From an uncultured Gammaproteobacteria bacterium (lineage in GTDB: Bacteria; Patescibacteriota; Patescibacteriia; CAZGFX01): 64,000 nucleotides of DNA. The stretch lies in contig CAZGFX010000001.1 in NCBI GenBank assembly GCA_964524845.1, positions 75,823 through 139,822 of the forward strand, written 5' to 3'. The notes below the pieces were generated by a model. The model saw nothing but the letters and a program-made list of their open reading frames with translations. It ran no database searches and was not told the origin of the DNA. Below, one piece after another: positions 28,309-38,482 of the stretch; position 1 is the stretch's first letter; each line of letters opens with the position of its first letter. The translations under genes and the position numbers were made by a program.

Positions 28309-29076
28309 TTATTTATTTTCATCATTTATTACAGTGTCTTCATCAACATGGTCTTTTGTTTCTTCTGCGCCAATATTGTCTGAAATGTCTGAAACAATTT
28401 CTGTTTTTTCTATATTAGACAAACTAATATCCCCCTCCTGTCCAGCATCGTCATCCGTTTGTGTTTCGTTGGCTTTTTTAATAAGTGTATTAAGAAGATC
28501 ATCAACAGAAAGTCTATCATAATCAGGAAGCTGGTTTTTTGAAGTAAGTCCGAGATGCTGTAGAAAATCCGCTGTAATTTCATATAATGACACTGGGCTT
28601 GATTCGTTATTTTTCTCAGTGACAAATCCTCTGATTAACATATTACGAAGTATTATAGAACAATTCACTCCACGAATTTGTTCGATCTCTGCGCGAGAAA
28701 CGGGCCCTCTATACGCAATAATTGAAAGGGTTTCGAGTTGCGCTCGTGTTAATGGTCCTGAGTGATCTTCTTCAACAAACTCCTTAACAAATTCGGCGCA
28801 AGACGAAGCCGTAACTAACTGAACCTTGTTATCATGAAACATGATTGAAATACCTGATTCATGTGTATTAAATCTCCTAATAACATCATCGAGGGCGGCG
28901 CGCACATCTTCTTCAGAAGATCCGAGAGCCGTCACAATCTGACGAACTGATAATGGTCTACTGTGTACCACGAGCAGAGCTTCAATTTTGGCTTGTATTG
29001 ATAATTCTTTCTGTTTTTGCTCATCATGAACAATATTTACTTCGTGATCGTTTTCGAGCTGTTCATTATAATTCAT
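28309..29076 (-). CDS. scpB: SMC complex subunit ScpB
   Basis: LETLSIIAYRGPVSRAEIEQIRGVN. Confidence 0.93.
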   Translation of the reverse strand: MNYNEQLENDHEVNIVHDEQKQKELSIQAKIEALLVVHSRPLSVRQIVTALGSSEEDVRAALDDVIRRFNTHESGISIMFHDNKVQLVTASSCAEFVKEFVEEDHSGPLTRAQLETLSIIAYRGPVSRAEIEQIRGVNCSIILRNMLIRGFVTEKNNESSPVSLYEITADFLQHLGLTSKNQLPDYDRLSVDDLLNTLIKKANETQTDDDAGQEGDISLSNIEKTEIVSDISDNIGAEETKDHVDEDTVINDENK

Positions 29077-29084
29077 AAAATAAT

Positions 29085-29786
29085 TTAATCTCTACGAGTA
29101 ATAATAATATCTGCAAATAATCCATGTTGTTCGACATGAACGATCTGCTGTTTTACCAATTCGAGCACAGCAATAAAACTAATTACCTTGTCACGAACAT
29201 CTCCCATTGCAACATGCGAATGAAAGGATAACTTCATCTGCTGTGACAAGAGCTCTTTCAATGCTGTAATTTTTTGATGAAGTGTAATTGTTTTTTCAAT
29301 CAATGCCTTTGGAATCTTTATAATCGGACGAAGTGTGTCTATAAGCCGCACCAAAGCATTTGAAAGGGCCGACTGATTCAAATTATCAGCAGGTCGAAAC
29401 TTCGTCTCAATGACGTGTGGTGGTACATCGTTTGGACAAACTACTGCCCCACTACTATAAATCTTATTAATTTTGCGCGCCGCCCCGGAAAACTCTTTAT
29501 ACAAACGAAGCTGGTCCACAAGATTTGTTTCGTCTTCATCCTCATCAACCAAAAGATGTGGCATTAGAATTCTTGATTTTATATATAAAAGACGCGAAGC
29601 AACAAGCAAAAAATCCGCAATATCTGCGGGATCAATACGATCTCCTTCTTGTGTGATATATGCGAGATACTTATCGGTTACCTCTGCAAGTGATATCTCT
29701 GTTATATCTTTCTTTTTTTCAACAACAAGCTGGAGCAGAAGATCTAGCGGACCTGAAAAATCATTAATTGTAACTATATGAGCCAT
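29085..29786 (-). CDS. scpA: SMC complex subunit ScpA
   Basis: FSGPLDLLLQL, LLYIKSR, FIAVLELVK. Confidence 0.93.
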   Translation of the reverse strand: MAHIVTINDFSGPLDLLLQLVVEKKKDITEISLAEVTDKYLAYITQEGDRIDPADIADFLLVASRLLYIKSRILMPHLLVDEDEDETNLVDQLRLYKEFSGAARKINKIYSSGAVVCPNDVPPHVIETKFRPADNLNQSALSNALVRLIDTLRPIIKIPKALIEKTITLHQKITALKELLSQQMKLSFHSHVAMGDVRDKVISFIAVLELVKQQIVHVEQHGLFADIIITRRD

Positions 29787-29935
29787 AACGCGTTTTATTT
29801 TAGCAGAAATTACTATAATTTCAACGCCTCTTTAGCTGTTTTTTATCAAACAATTTGACAATTTATGATTTTATTTGTATTTTTAACACAAAAAACAATA
29901 AAAAACACTAATAAACAAGACGGAAGGAGCTGTTT

Positions 29936-30076
29936 ATGACGAGTTTCATTAAAAATATATCATCATTTTTCCTTTGGATACGAAACTACTTTGACGCTCT
30001 TGCACAGCTGTGGCCATGGACAGAAAAAGATATAAAACGTTATGAGTGCTTTTTATTGAAACCACAAAAAAATAAC
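29936..30076 (+). CDS. 46-aa small protein, paralogue of downstream ORF
   Basis: AAGGAG; MTSFIKNISSFFLWIRNYFDALAQLWPWTEKDIKRYECFLLKPQKK; TTGACA promoter at 29855. Confidence 0.65.
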
Positions 30077-30089
30077 AAGGGAGTTTAAT

Positions 30090-30380
30090 ATGATTTATTA
30101 TATTAAAAATACGGTAATGAAATTCCTTTCTGTGTGTGGATATATTAAAAATGTTTATACATCATGGAAATGGACTGATGAGGAAGTGCAAAAATACGAG
30201 AACCTCATTCGAGAGTGGGGACAACTTGAAATCAGAGCCGCTCACGAAAAAATAGCGGAACCAATTCCAGAAAATATAAAAAATAAAATAGAAGAAGTCA
30301 GATCTAAAATAAGATCATTAAAAAAAACCGTATGGAAAAGAAGAAAAGAAGCTCTTTTCCCGAAAAAACAAGAGCATTGA
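30090..30380 (+). CDS. Hypothetical protein (96 aa)
   Basis: AAGGGAG RBS; W.WT....YE motif shared with upstream ORF. Confidence 0.7.
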   Translation: MIYYIKNTVMKFLSVCGYIKNVYTSWKWTDEEVQKYENLIREWGQLEIRAAHEKIAEPIPENIKNKIEEVRSKIRSLKKTVWKRRKEALFPKKQEH

Positions 30381-30405
30381 TTTAATAATCAATGCTTTTT
30401 TATTT

Positions 30406-30870
30406 TTAAGAGATACTGTCAAAAAATGCCTTTTTAACACTAAATTGAAACTCGTCTGGAACAAACATGTTGTTATTGATTAGTGTTCGTCTTACAATTG
30501 TTTTTTGAAACTCCCTAAATGTTAATTTCAATAAAATAATTTCTGAAACAACATCATTATTTTGTTTTATACAATGAAGAGCTTTCTCGGCTTTTGTTCT
30601 TATGTCTTTTTCTACAAGAAGAATCGAAAAAGTCTCAGAAGATTGTTTTTTAAAATGACCTCCAAATATATTCAACAAAACCATTAATTGAAGATAAAAA
30701 TGAGTGAGTATTGTTACATAATCATCGTCCTCTTCAGGATCAGATAATAAAAAAGAGAAGGCTCTTTCGTTACTAGTTGTAAGATGCTCTATAATCAGCT
30801 CACAACAATGATCAAAATAAGGCGTTACAATTTCATTTGAAGATGAGCCTATTTTTGTTTGGTTTTTCAT
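30406..30870 (-). CDS. Hypothetical protein
   Basis: 154-aa ORF, AAGGAGG RBS. Confidence 0.65.
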   Translation of the reverse strand: MKNQTKIGSSSNEIVTPYFDHCCELIIEHLTTSNERAFSFLLSDPEEDDDYVTILTHFYLQLMVLLNIFGGHFKKQSSETFSILLVEKDIRTKAEKALHCIKQNNDVVSEIILLKLTFREFQKTIVRRTLINNNMFVPDEFQFSVKKAFFDSIS

Positions 30871-31040
30871 AACAAACCTCCTTGTTTCGACAAAGACCGG
30901 CCAGTCTTTGACTAATTTGTTTATTTTTTCTTTTAAATATACAATTTTTAATTAGATTTGACAAGTGAATAAAAAAGTAATAGCATACAAAGGAAAAAAC
31001 AACCAAAAAGCTATCACATCTAGCAGGGGAAGGAGAAAAA

Positions 31041-31703
31041 ATGACAAAAAGAATCAAACAAGTATTAAAAGGACTTCGTAGAAAAAAAACACACCAAAAA
31101 AAAGTTATTAAAAAAACAGCCAAACCAGAAACAAATCCTGTTTGGAGTATTATTCGAGAATTGATTCTCAAAGGAAATTACGACACTGCGTTTATAACGC
31201 TGGATAATTTTGTTAAAGCAAACAAAAACAATCCAGAAAATATTGTAGACGAAATGCTATCAGTGTTCATATTTTGCATCAAAATGGGAATATGCAAAGA
31301 ATCATTTATCTTTTACAAAAACAACGAGCACATAAGAGAAGTTTTCATTTCAACTGAAAAAGAAAAAATATTAATTGAAAAGATAATAGACCGCGCAATT
31401 CAAGAACACGACCTAGAAATCTTTCTCGATGTTCATGATATAATAAAAAAGGAGCCGAGTGTTGACGATAAAATACATTTTTTTGATCAGTGTATAATTG
31501 ATTATTCGAATCTTTCTATAACTGAGGTTTTAAACATAATTGAACACATGCTCAAATCAAAAATCATAGATGATCACAAAAAAACGGAGTTTATAAAAGA
31601 AATAAAAGAAAAAGCAACGGAGCAAAAACAATATGATATTGTGGATACAATCGATGATATGATATCAAAAATTGTCTCATTGTCATTATTTGAAGGAGAT
31701 TAA
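31041..31703 (+). CDS. Hypothetical helical protein with basic N-terminus
   Basis: 220-aa ORF, AAGGAG, TTGACA-N17-TAGCAT. Confidence 0.7.
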   Translation: MTKRIKQVLKGLRRKKTHQKKVIKKTAKPETNPVWSIIRELILKGNYDTAFITLDNFVKANKNNPENIVDEMLSVFIFCIKMGICKESFIFYKNNEHIREVFISTEKEKILIEKIIDRAIQEHDLEIFLDVHDIIKKEPSVDDKIHFFDQCIIDYSNLSITEVLNIIEHMLKSKIIDDHKKTEFIKEIKEKATEQKQYDIVDTIDDMISKIVSLSLFEGD

Positions 31704-31841
31704 ACAGATTTTTAATTAAAGCGCGTATATACGCGCTTTTTGAATATTATATTTAAATTTACATCGAGCTTGACTTTTTCTATTAATATGGTAAAGTATT
31801 CTCAATAAAAAACAACAAAAAACATACACGGAGACACGGAA

Positions 31842-32468
31842 ATGGAAACAATTAGTTTTAAAAGAAAGCCACTTAGAAATTCTGGTATATTTCATGAAAA
31901 AAGAAGAGACATAATACAAAAACTTATGTTTTTGTTTGTTATCATTGTTTTGGCGTATATCACAATTGATCAACCAGAAAATTCTTCTGTTGTGTTTTTT
32001 TCACAAGAGGAACTTCTTGTTCTAGAGAAAAACTTCAACACTATTAAAGAGCTAAACGAAAGATCGTCTTATGTTCACTTTGAAAAAATAAACAAATCTC
32101 TTGATGAGTTGTATTCTTATCTAGTGAAAAACAACGGGCATCAAAATGTACGGCCTGCTCCAAGTTTCGCAACTGTTGTGGGTCTAGTGTCTGATATCAT
32201 GGTAAATATTGATCTCGCAAAAGAAAGAAATTTAGAAAACGCTTATTTCTTAAAAGAAAATCTAATATTTCAACTCAGATCGCCGTCTCAATTCATAATC
32301 GCTTATCAAAATATTGGGAACAATGATAACAAGATAAAAGGATACGAGAAAAAACTTGTTGATATGTTAATAAAAATAAAACAGGAATTCTATATAGATC
32401 CCAAACTGGTAATCAATGAATCAAAAAATAAACAAAAATTACTTTTGGCAAAAAGGAGAGAAAGATGA
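31842..32468 (+). CDS. Hypothetical single-TM protein
   Basis: 208-aa ORF, TM at ~aa 28-42. Confidence 0.7.
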   Translation: METISFKRKPLRNSGIFHEKRRDIIQKLMFLFVIIVLAYITIDQPENSSVVFFSQEELLVLEKNFNTIKELNERSSYVHFEKINKSLDELYSYLVKNNGHQNVRPAPSFATVVGLVSDIMVNIDLAKERNLENAYFLKENLIFQLRSPSQFIIAYQNIGNNDNKIKGYEKKLVDMLIKIKQEFYIDPKLVINESKNKQKLLLAKRRER

Positions 32469-32623
32469 ACGCTGTACTAGACAAATTAGAAATCGAAACC
32501 GAAACCCGATTAATGATCGAGGATACCAAAAGAAAAGTTTTGAGTCCTGTGTGTTTATTTATCGGATCATTTATAGCAATTGCCTTAATGATCGTGGCAA
32601 AATGGCTATATAGCCTTATTTAA
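32465..32623 (+). CDS. 52-aa membrane protein
   Basis: ATGA overlap, AAGGAG; MNAVLDKLEIETETRLMIEDTKRKVLSPVCLFIGSFIAIALMIVAKWLYSLI; terminator ~32647-32674. Confidence 0.65.
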   Translation: MNAVLDKLEIETETRLMIEDTKRKVLSPVCLFIGSFIAIALMIVAKWLYSLI

Positions 32624-32708
32624 AAAAACAATCAACACATAAAAGTAAAGCAGTGTATAAATACACTGCTTTTTCTTTTTCCAATGAAATCCAATTATTT
32701 AAATCCTT

Positions 32709-34586
32709 TTATTTCGATATTTTCACTTCCTCAAAACGTATCACTTTTTTCAAATCTTCTAGTTTCATGGAAATTGTCGCGTCCTTTCTTCCTGGTTGCA
32801 TGAAAACTACATCTGTAGAATAAGATGTGTCTATGATCATCTTAATTGGCTTTACAAATAAATGCCCAAACGGAGGAACGGCTCCGATTTGAACACCAGA
32901 CACAGACTCGACCTCTTCCGGAGTTGCCATCGTCATTGCTTTTTCTCCACACACATCAGCAAGTGCATTCCAATCAAGTTTCACATCTCCAGGAATAACA
33001 GCGAGATAGAATGTTGGTGATTTTTCTTTGTTTTTCACAACAATTGATTTCGCTGCTTGATTCATCCGTGCGCCGCACACACGAGCGGCATCCTCTGATG
33101 TCTCTACTGGAGCGTGTTCAATACACTCAAAATGAATTCCTTTGCGTTTAAGTTCGTTTATTATTTTATCAAACAATGGTTGCGAAAATGAGCTTATAAT
33201 TCCAGCTTCATCCAAGGCCTTCTTCGAAACAGGGCCTGGAGCATCCATCATGAGATCACGAGCATCAGACGTCTTTGGAAACGGTATAACCTCTCTAATA
33301 TTCGGCTCATTCGCGAGAATCGCAACAATACGATCAACTCCCCAAGCGATGCCGCCGTGTGGCGGCGCACCAAATGAAAATGCTTTAAGCATGTGCCCAA
33401 ATTGAGAATCTATTTCATCGGCTGTAAATCCCATAATTTCAAAAACAGCACGGAGTGCCTTCGGCAAATGATTTCTAATTGATCCGCCTCCTATTTCAAA
33501 GCCATTCAAAACAACATCGTATTGCGCCGCGCGAATCGATCCTATGTTTTTCTTTTCCAAAAGATCATTCATATATTCAGGTTTTGGAGCGGAAAAAGGA
33601 TTGTGAGTAAACGTCCACCCACCGTCTTCCGTCTTTTCAAAAAAAGGAAAATCTACAACCCAACAAAATGCAAGAAGATCGGGATCGTTTTTGTCTGTAC
33701 GAATATCAGGATGGTCCGTGCCATATTTCTTAATAGACTCATCATATGATATACGAGGAAAAGGAATTTGTTGAATTTTCTTTTGAGGAGAGACTTTTTT
33801 TATTATTGTAATCAACGCGTCCTCAATAAGTGTTATAATATCTTCTTCCGTCGGAAAAGACATTTCAAGGTCCATTTGTGTAAACTCCGGTTGTCTGTCT
33901 CCGCGTTGATCTTCGTCTCGAAAACATCTGGCAAATTGGAAGTATTTTTCCACGCCCCCAACCATGAGAAGTTGCTTGAACTGTTGCGGACTCTGTGGCA
34001 ATACGTAAAATTTTCCCTGATGCTGACGCGAAGGTACTATAAACTCACGAGCACCTTCTGGCGTTCCTCTGGTCAACAAAGGTGTTTCTATTTCAAAAAA
34101 ACCCTTGTCCCAAAAATATTCTCTCGTCCTGCGGACAAACTCATGTCTCAGTTTTATATCATTCAAAACTCTTTCATGCCTTAGATCTAAATATCTATAT
34201 GTGAAACGTAGCTCCTCGGATGCTTGGCGTTCTTCCGTGTTAATTTCAAAAGGAGGAAGATCTGATTCTGCATACACGGTAATCGCATCGAGTAAAAGCT
34301 CTACTTTGCCATTTGTTCCTTCTTTTTCTTGTCCTTTCTCACGCGGAGCAACACTTCCTTCAATAGATATACAATACTCATTTTTTAAAGATTTTATTAA
34401 AACCACACACTCATCTGTTATCTTATTCATATCAACAACAACCTGTACCAACCCAGTCACATCCCTAACCTCCAAAAAGAAAAGCTTCGCGCTGACTTTG
34501 CGAATACGATTCACCCAACCTTTTATATTAACTTTCTTTCCAACACAAAGCTCGAGATTGCTAATAAGTGTTCTCTGTTCGTTCAT
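32709..34586 (-). CDS. aspS: Aspartyl-tRNA synthetase (GAD-less) fused to C-terminal YbaK/ProX-family deacylase domain
   Basis: YRYLDLR, TPEGAREF, LPQSPQQFKQ, CFRDED.RGDRQPEFTQ, GAPPHGG, REVIPFPK; tail AKSIVVK, GAVPPFG; start ATG 34586. Confidence 0.93.
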   Translation of the reverse strand: MNEQRTLISNLELCVGKKVNIKGWVNRIRKVSAKLFFLEVRDVTGLVQVVVDMNKITDECVVLIKSLKNEYCISIEGSVAPREKGQEKEGTNGKVELLLDAITVYAESDLPPFEINTEERQASEELRFTYRYLDLRHERVLNDIKLRHEFVRRTREYFWDKGFFEIETPLLTRGTPEGAREFIVPSRQHQGKFYVLPQSPQQFKQLLMVGGVEKYFQFARCFRDEDQRGDRQPEFTQMDLEMSFPTEEDIITLIEDALITIIKKVSPQKKIQQIPFPRISYDESIKKYGTDHPDIRTDKNDPDLLAFCWVVDFPFFEKTEDGGWTFTHNPFSAPKPEYMNDLLEKKNIGSIRAAQYDVVLNGFEIGGGSIRNHLPKALRAVFEIMGFTADEIDSQFGHMLKAFSFGAPPHGGIAWGVDRIVAILANEPNIREVIPFPKTSDARDLMMDAPGPVSKKALDEAGIISSFSQPLFDKIINELKRKGIHFECIEHAPVETSEDAARVCGARMNQAAKSIVVKNKEKSPTFYLAVIPGDVKLDWNALADVCGEKAMTMATPEEVESVSGVQIGAVPPFGHLFVKPIKMIIDTSYSTDVVFMQPGRKDATISMKLEDLKKVIRFEEVKISK

Positions 34587-34590
34587 AAAA

Positions 34591-34977
34591 TTATTTTTGA
34601 TAATTCCTAATCGCTGTAACAACTTTTGAATCATCTCTTAAATCTTCAATAAATAAAACGTGCTCTCGGTTTATATTCATATAATCTTCCGGCCCATGAA
34701 GCTCATTTCCGAGTTTTACTAACGACAAATCACCTGTTTTATCATTGGTTGTTTCATCAGAATTCTTTTTCTCCGTCTGCAAATAATATATATTTTCTAG
34801 TTTTATGGTATGTTCTTTTTGTTTGGTAATTTTGCCAAAATAAACCTGTCCATTATCTAGAAATACGGCTTGATATTCTTTTGATAGCGAAGTGATTGAA
34901 GTATAACGATCAACGCAATACCAACCACCAACGACAACTAGAATAACGATAACAATAAGATAGAGTATACGAATCAT
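34591..34977 (-). CDS. Hypothetical membrane-anchored protein
   Basis: TM then YQAVFLDNGQVYFG, LVKLGNELHGPED. Confidence 0.8.
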   Translation of the reverse strand: MIRILYLIVIVILVVVGGWYCVDRYTSITSLSKEYQAVFLDNGQVYFGKITKQKEHTIKLENIYYLQTEKKNSDETTNDKTGDLSLVKLGNELHGPEDYMNINREHVLFIEDLRDDSKVVTAIRNYQK

Positions 34978-35081
34978 ATTACTAAATATTACGCTGATAA
35001 GTATATCATAATATATGCCGAAAAACCACTAAAAAATAAGGTGATTTACGTTTAAATTAATATTCTATTTGAATTTAACAA

Positions 35082-36872
35082 CTACATTCGTTCGACAGAA
35101 TCTATTCCTAAAATTTCAAGTCCGGTCTTGATAATATTGCCGGTAATTGCCGTTAAAATTAATCTGGTTTTTTTCTGTTCATTTGTATCTGCCTTTAAAA
35201 TTGAGTGAGCATTGTACAAAGCATTATATCTCTGAGCAAGCTCAAAAAGATATACGCACATAACATGCGGATGATACTCTTGAGCGGCATTCAGTATCGT
35301 CTCCTCCCATCTACATATATGTCGTATAAGCGATGCTTCTTCTTTTACAAAAGGCTCGACAGCAATCAAACTGGATATTTTTTCATCCGAATTTTTCAGA
35401 ACGCTCTGAGTACGCACATAAGTATACTCGAGATAAAGCGCTGAGTTCCCTTCAAGATTAACCGACTCTTCGAGATCAAATGAAGTATCCACTGTGCGAC
35501 CAACCTTGAGAATGCTGTATTTTACAGCTCCAACAGCAAGTGTTTCTGCCATCTTTTCAATTTCATTGTCAGTAAATTTCTCAGGATCAATTTTTTTCTT
35601 AATTTCAAATTTAACCAGATCGATCAGGTCGTCTATATATACCACATTTCCGAGGCGAGAACTCATCTTACCCTGCCCTTTTAAACTCATATATCCATAA
35701 GGAATGTGTGTAAGTGAATCGTATTTTGCTATACCAAGTTGATCACACACCGCAAACATTTGTTTCATCGCAAGCGATTGCTCGGGTCCGATCACCCAAA
35801 ACAGTCGATCGGCTTTATATTTTTTCTTTTTCAAATGTGTAAGCGCAATATCCTGTGTAATATATAATGATGTTCCGTCTGATTTCTGTAATATAGTATC
35901 AGTAAGATCGTATACACTGAGATTTGTAAGAACGGCACCATCTTCCAAAATAGTAAAAAACCCCTTTTCAACTCCTTTTTTTACGAAATCTTTTCCTTCC
36001 TTATAGTGTTCATGTTCGTGCCATACGTTGTCCCATTTGTTTCCTATTCTATTAAGGGTCAGTTGTTGCCCTTCATAAGAATATTTCAATATGTGTGCCC
36101 ATAATTCACGAACGAGTTTATCATCATTTTCCCATGCGACAACGAGCTCTCTTATTTCTTTTTCCACTAATTCATTTTTTTTGAACTCATCATCAGCAAG
36201 AATATAAAATCGTTCAGCAAACTTATCAGGAGACATTTTCATAGATTCTGGAGTATGCCACTCATTCTTGTGCTCTGACCAATATGATATATCGGCAATG
36301 TTTTTTTCTTCTTTATGACCAAGAACAAGGAAACCCCACATCATTTTCGCAATTGCGATACCCCTGTTGTTATCAATGCAATCTCTCACTACAGAAACTC
36401 CTGAAAACTCCCAAATATTTGCAATCGCCATGCCGGTTACGTTGTTTCGAAGGTGGCCAAGGTGCATCGCCTTGTTCGGGTTCGGTGATGTATGTTCAAT
36501 CACCCACTTCTCCCCATTGCCCCAATTGTTTTTCCCGTATGAGTCTTTTTGTTTTAAAATATTATCGAGCTGATCAACATACCAAGACTCGGAAATTGTA
36601 ATGTTTATAAATCCTGGAGCAACAGCTTTTACTTCTCCGTATTTGACTATGTCTTTCTGTAATTTTTCAACAAGTTCATTTGCGATCATTATTGGAGATT
36701 TTTTCATTTCTTTTGAAATAGAAAGAGCAATCGTGGTGGCATAATCACCGAAAGACTCGTCTTTTGGCCTCTCCAAAACGATAGAATCTTCTTCAATCGA
36801 AACTCCATAAACCGAATTAACGGCTTTTTTAATGGATTTTTTAACTTCTTTTTCCATCTGATCAAATATCAT
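35082..36872 (-). CDS. argS: Arginyl-tRNA synthetase
   Basis: FGDYAT, SPNPNKAMHLGHLRN, KMSSRLG, YLEYTYVR. Confidence 0.95.
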   Translation of the reverse strand: MIFDQMEKEVKKSIKKAVNSVYGVSIEEDSIVLERPKDESFGDYATTIALSISKEMKKSPIMIANELVEKLQKDIVKYGEVKAVAPGFINITISESWYVDQLDNILKQKDSYGKNNWGNGEKWVIEHTSPNPNKAMHLGHLRNNVTGMAIANIWEFSGVSVVRDCIDNNRGIAIAKMMWGFLVLGHKEEKNIADISYWSEHKNEWHTPESMKMSPDKFAERFYILADDEFKKNELVEKEIRELVVAWENDDKLVRELWAHILKYSYEGQQLTLNRIGNKWDNVWHEHEHYKEGKDFVKKGVEKGFFTILEDGAVLTNLSVYDLTDTILQKSDGTSLYITQDIALTHLKKKKYKADRLFWVIGPEQSLAMKQMFAVCDQLGIAKYDSLTHIPYGYMSLKGQGKMSSRLGNVVYIDDLIDLVKFEIKKKIDPEKFTDNEIEKMAETLAVGAVKYSILKVGRTVDTSFDLEESVNLEGNSALYLEYTYVRTQSVLKNSDEKISSLIAVEPFVKEEASLIRHICRWEETILNAAQEYHPHVMCVYLFELAQRYNALYNAHSILKADTNEQKKTRLILTAITGNIIKTGLEILGIDSVERM

Positions 36873-36961
36873 ATGTGTTAATAATATTGTATTCTAGCCA
36901 AAAAGTAAAACATGTTTTCCTAAAAATTACGATTTGTCATAATTATTGTTACAATATACAC

Positions 36962-37558
36962 ATGCACACACTAAATGTTCCATACATATCTCAATTTGAT
37001 GATAAAATAAAAAATATATACAAAACTAGAGGGTGTGGTTTCGCGTGTCTTTGTATGATATTAGAATATTTTAATATAAAACTCATTTTCGATGATATAA
37101 CTCGATTTATTGAAAAAGATAAGATATTAAACGAAAAACAACTTTGGGATCACAAAGGAATTATTTCAATAGCACAAAATAATGGACTTTACGGTTATAG
37201 GATGAATTATTCTTATATATATTCCATTCCTGTCATCGTGTCTTATGCTTTTAAATTATTTTTGGAAACCTTGTCTATAAAAAGCATTCGCATGCTTCTT
37301 CAAACAATCTTTTATACGAAAATAAACGGCTCTATAAATGATATAAAAAGAATAATCTCATTAAAAATACCTGTTATAGCATCAATGAAACCAGAATACT
37401 TGCAACAAGAGACGGACACTCATCTTGTTGTAATTGTCGGATATGATGATGATAACTTCTTCGTCCATGATCCACATACACACGGACCGCACAGCAATAT
37501 CTCATACAAAGACTTTCAAAATAAATGGACCAAAAGAACCATAGTTATATTTCAATAA
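36962..37558 (+). CDS. C39-like cysteine peptidase
   Basis: LNVPYISQ, GCG..CL.M, HLVVIVGYD, VHDP; start ATG 36962. Confidence 0.85.
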   Translation: MHTLNVPYISQFDDKIKNIYKTRGCGFACLCMILEYFNIKLIFDDITRFIEKDKILNEKQLWDHKGIISIAQNNGLYGYRMNYSYIYSIPVIVSYAFKLFLETLSIKSIRMLLQTIFYTKINGSINDIKRIISLKIPVIASMKPEYLQQETDTHLVVIVGYDDDNFFVHDPHTHGPHSNISYKDFQNKWTKRTIVIFQ

Positions 37559-37639
37559 TGTTTTTACAAACAAACGCACAAAACAAATCATTTACAAAAT
37601 AAATGGTCTTTTTTGTTTTTTTATTTCCATAATTTTCAA

Positions 37640-37840
37640 AACAAAGAAAACAGCCTTACCGGAGTTATCCGAGCAAGGCTGTAGTCCAAACTATGAAACA
37701 AGGACATATATAGATCGCGGGTGTAAAAAGATGTAAGGGATATTTTTACCTGCGAGAAATATACTCTCTCTCCTCATCCATAGCGTTCTGCTGTGTTGTG
37801 TATAACACTTCAGGACGCTATGTACGAGACTCAACTTACA
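37640..37840 (-). ncRNA. Candidate ~200-nt small RNA
   Basis: TTGACC-N17-TATTAT promoter (37846-37874), two long hairpins, terminator CAGCCTT..AAGGCTG plus U-tract; no ORF. Confidence 0.55.
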
Positions 37841-38004
37841 TGTACATAATAGCATATCTACAAAATAAGGTCAATATAGGAAAAACACTGTCAATAAGCC
37901 ATTATTCCGTTTTATATAAAATAAAATGGCTTTACAATTAAATTAATTTAGTGTTATAATTTAATTGTCCCTGTTGATAATATCTGAATAACTTTGTATA
38001 AAAT

Positions 38005-38466
38005 ATGAAGATTTTGGCTACAAACAAAGAATTTGGCAGATCTTACTCACTCGTAGAAGAATACGAGGCAGGTATTGTATTAACAGGAAACGAGGTAAAA
38101 AGCGCGAAACAAGGACATATACAAATGAAAGGTGCTTATATTAGCGCGAAAAACGGTCAATTGTGGCTAAAAAACACTCATATATCTCAATATGCTCATG
38201 CAGCCCAAAAAGAAAAATATGATCCTATTCGAGAACGAAAACTTCTTATGCACAAAAAAGAGATTGTGAGTATTTCTTCAAAAGCAAAAGAGAAGGGGCT
38301 TACTCTTATTCCTTTATCCTTGTATGCAAAAAATGGCTTTGTAAAGGTGAAAATAGCTCTGGCAAAGGGAAAAACAACGAGAGATAAACGCGCTGAAATG
38401 CGAAAAAAAGATATTGATAAAACAATTCGTCAGGCACTGAAAAAGCGCTTGACTATCCGTCTTTAA
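38005..38466 (+). CDS. smpB: SsrA-binding protein
   Basis: EAGIVLTGNEVKS, RERKLLMHKKEI, AKGK...DKR. Confidence 0.96.
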   Translation: MKILATNKEFGRSYSLVEEYEAGIVLTGNEVKSAKQGHIQMKGAYISAKNGQLWLKNTHISQYAHAAQKEKYDPIRERKLLMHKKEIVSISSKAKEKGLTLIPLSLYAKNGFVKVKIALAKGKTTRDKRAEMRKKDIDKTIRQALKKRLTIRL

Positions 38467-38482
38467 GCCTATACACTATCAC

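Noticed and set aside
32416-32613. 65-aa track ORF
   Set aside because: The alternative frame 32465-32623 has an SD, ATGA coupling and a TM helix
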